A DNA stretch of 64,000 bases from Tabrizicola sp. GTDB lineage: Bacteria; Pseudomonadota; Alphaproteobacteria; Rhodobacterales; Rhodobacteraceae. The notes under the pieces were generated by a model. The model was not told where the DNA came from. It was given only the letters and a program-made list of their open reading frames with translations, and made no database searches. Position 1 is the stretch's first letter; each line of letters begins with the position of its first letter. The position numbers and the translations under genes were made by a program. Where the stretch lies: positions 84,441 through 148,440 of the forward strand of contig NZ_JALHQD010000007.1 of the NCBI RefSeq assembly GCF_022842145.1, given 5' to 3'. Shown here piece by piece: positions 62,487-64,000 of the stretch.

Positions 62487-62489
62487 CCG

Positions 62490-63362
62490 CTAGCGCTGCG
62501 CTTTCAGCCACTTGAGAAATGCCCGGGCTGCGGCCCGCTTTGGCCCGGGTAAATCGACGATGAAATAGGCCGGAAGCTTGTCCTTGCTTTCGTGCACGAT
62601 GCGCAAGCGGCCTTCGGCCACGTCGGATTCGATCAGCGCCACACTTTCCACGACCAGTCCCAATCCCTGTCGCGCAGCTGCCAGCGCCAATTCTTCGTTG
62701 TTGATATCGGTGCTGCTCAGGTCGGTCGGCTCAAGCCCCAACTGGCGCAGATAGGCATTCTGCTCCGCCCAATTCGGCGACAGGATCCAGTCCATTCGCG
62801 CCATCGCGTCTATCGTCGGATCCTCGTCGCCAATCAGCGAGGGTGCCCCCGCGATTACCAGGCGGGCCGAGGTCAGGTAACTGCTCTCAACACCCGGCCA
62901 ATCCCCATTGCCATAGCGGATGCCCAGGTCCATGCGCTCGCGGTGCAGGTCGACCACCTTGCTGTCGGGGTGCAATGACAGGCCGATGTCGGGATGCTGC
63001 TGCCAGAAGTCCTTCAGCCGGGGCATCAGCCATTGCGCGGCAAAGCTGGCTGTCAGGGTCAGGCGAACCGGACGATCGGCTTCCCCGGCGCGCAGGGCCT
63101 CCAACCCACGCTGGATCGCGCCGAAGCCTTCGCCCAAGGCCTCCGCCAGTTGCTCGCCATCCGCAGTCAGGCTGACGCCGCGCCCTTCACGCTGAACCAG
63201 CGGGCGGCCCAATTGCTCTTCCAATGCGCGGACCTGCTGGGCGACCGCGGCATGGGTCACATTCAGCACGCGCGCCGCCTGACTGAAGTTCCGCAACTCG
63301 GCCGTGGCCGCGAATGCCCGCAGCGCGGTCAAGGAGGGAAGGCTGCGCCAGTCGGTTGCCAT
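62490..63362 (-). CDS. LysR-family transcriptional regulator (HvrB-like position)
   Basis: 290 aa. N-terminal HTH LTALRAFAATAELRNFSQAARVLNVTHAAVAQQVRALEEQLG. Confidence 0.88.
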   Translation of the reverse strand: MATDWRSLPSLTALRAFAATAELRNFSQAARVLNVTHAAVAQQVRALEEQLGRPLVQREGRGVSLTADGEQLAEALGEGFGAIQRGLEALRAGEADRPVRLTLTASFAAQWLMPRLKDFWQQHPDIGLSLHPDSKVVDLHRERMDLGIRYGNGDWPGVESSYLTSARLVIAGAPSLIGDEDPTIDAMARMDWILSPNWAEQNAYLRQLGLEPTDLSSTDINNEELALAAARQGLGLVVESVALIESDVAEGRLRIVHESKDKLPAYFIVDLPGPKRAAARAFLKWLKAQR

Positions 63363-63459
63363 ATGATAGCCAGCCTTACAGTTGGAAAGCCTTCCTGAGT
63401 CGTAGCACGCCGCGTTTCATGGCAAAAGAGATCATCGAAAGCCTGAAAGGAGAAAGGCC

Positions 63460-63618
63460 ATGTTGAATATCTTTGCCGACGCCCTGCTGATCGCAACCCG
63501 GTTCAAGCACGCGTCCGAGGACTACCTGCCGCACCACGCCCCGCGCCGGTCCCCGCGCGAGTTTCAGGATGACGCCGGCCTGCGCACTGCCGATCACCTG
63601 CGGCACGTGGGCCGCTGA
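63460..63618 (+). CDS. candidate 52-aa small protein (below the ORF-track cutoff)
   Basis: ATG preceded by AAAGGAGAAAGG. By my count of the codons, about 85% of third positions are G/C, matching the genome's coding bias. MLNIFADALLIATRFKHASEDYLPHHAPRRSPREFQDDAGLRTADHLRHVGR. Divergent from the LysR gene. Confidence 0.5.
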   Translation: MLNIFADALLIATRFKHASEDYLPHHAPRRSPREFQDDAGLRTADHLRHVGR

Positions 63619-63646
63619 TGCCCAGTTGCTGTAAACTCAGCCGGTG

Positions 63647-64000
63647 TCAGCAGTCCGCAAGCAGTCTCGCCACCGTCGAGACGTAGTCCGCCCGCACCTC
63701 TGCGGGCGGACGAAGCCGTATCTCCAGCCGGTGAACCAGTTCCGGCAAGGGCCGTCCGAACAGCTTGTCGGCCTCCACCTCGCGAAACCCTGCGATCCGC
63801 ACTGCCTCCAGCCAGGCCGAAACCTTGTCCGCCGCCTTGATCGCCTTCTTGATCGGCGCGGGCAACACCGCAGGCAGGCCAAAGCGCAGATGCACCGCTG
63901 CCGTCAGCCGCAGGTCCAGTTCGCCATATCCCGGCCCGACGGCGGCCTTCACCGGGCTGATCATGTCGCCGATCACATATTCCGGCGCGTCGTGCAGCAC
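63647..64000 (-). CDS. HD-domain phosphohydrolase (partial; N-terminus lies beyond the window)
   Basis: LHDAPEYVIGDMISPVK is the HD / YfbR-type motif. The ORF runs off the window edge. Confidence 0.75.
   Translation of the reverse strand: MLHDAPEYVIGDMISPVKAAVGPGYGELDLRLTAAVHLRFGLPAVLPAPIKKAIKAADKVSAWLEAVRIAGFREVEADKLFGRPLPELVHRLEIRLRPPAEVRADYVSTVARLLADC

Noticed and set aside
63376-63606. 76-aa minus-strand ORF in the LysR / HD-gene spacer
   Set aside because: It has no SD sequence and poor third-position GC bias compared with the overlapping plus-strand 52-aa ORF. It would also overlap the LysR promoter region.
1-64000. CRISPR arrays, tRNA/rRNA genes, IS elements, integrases, prophage or classical defence-system genes
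   Set aside because: Reading both strands and the ORF track, I found no repeat-spacer periodicity, no cloverleaf-sized conserved gaps, and no transposase, integrase, restriction, Cas or abortive-infection-like proteins. Intergenic regions are short and are explained by promoters and terminators.

Overview
This is a visibly GC-rich stretch of chromosome (GC content not computed) from an alphaproteobacterium, most likely Rhodobacterales (Rhodobacter/Paracoccus-like). It is almost fully coding. I saw no rRNA, tRNA, CRISPR array, transposase or integrase.

Layout:
- 1-10.1 kb, housekeeping: xylA, SDR-like protein, SAM methyltransferase, AMP nucleosidase, HU, VOC protein, enoyl-CoA hydratase, mutM, ubiE-ubiB.
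- 10.2-35.2 kb, a roughly 25-kb alpha-type (fla2-like) flagellar cluster in four transcription blocks: flgD-fliK (-); single-domain flgJ/cheL-like, orf, flagellin, flaF, flbT, DUF1217 (+); fliI (-) diverging from flgBC-fliE-fliQ-flgFGAH-fliL (+); and a long minus-strand operon (fliL-like, small membrane orf, motE-like, motA, orf711, sltF-like, flhA, fliR, flhB, fliJ-like orf) diverging from fliF-fliH-like-fliN-fliP (+).
- 35.2-45.1 kb: ispE with its TPR partner, ETF-ubiquinone oxidoreductase, greA, an unknown membrane protein, a 1-Cys peroxiredoxin, an L,D-transpeptidase and pnp.
- 45.2-49.0 kb, a less conserved-looking block: an SDR lacking the catalytic Tyr, a BciA-like 8-vinyl reductase, an extended HxlR regulator, a DUF1127 small protein and a DUF4259-like protein.
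- 49.0-57.7 kb: the conserved alphaproteobacterial string trxA-addA-addB-murU-like-amgK-like-tsaE.
- 57.8-64 kb: a PAS-only membrane protein, regB / senC-regA-hvrA-like H-NS, a LysR regulator, an unlisted 52-aa sORF and a partial HD hydrolase.

I found no clear-cut novel defence or mobile system. The candidates most worth a second look are:
- the uncharacterised secreted 711-aa protein translationally coupled to motA, sitting between a MotE-like chaperone and an SltF-like lytic transglycosylase;
- short repeats and CtrA-like boxes in the flagellar intergenic regions;
- a perfect 15-bp palindrome upstream of the peroxiredoxin gene;
- the HxlR-BciA-DUF1127-DUF4259 block;
- the strongly SD-preceded 52-aa sORF divergent from the LysR gene.

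All family calls rest on motif recognition by eye and need HMM or BLAST confirmation.
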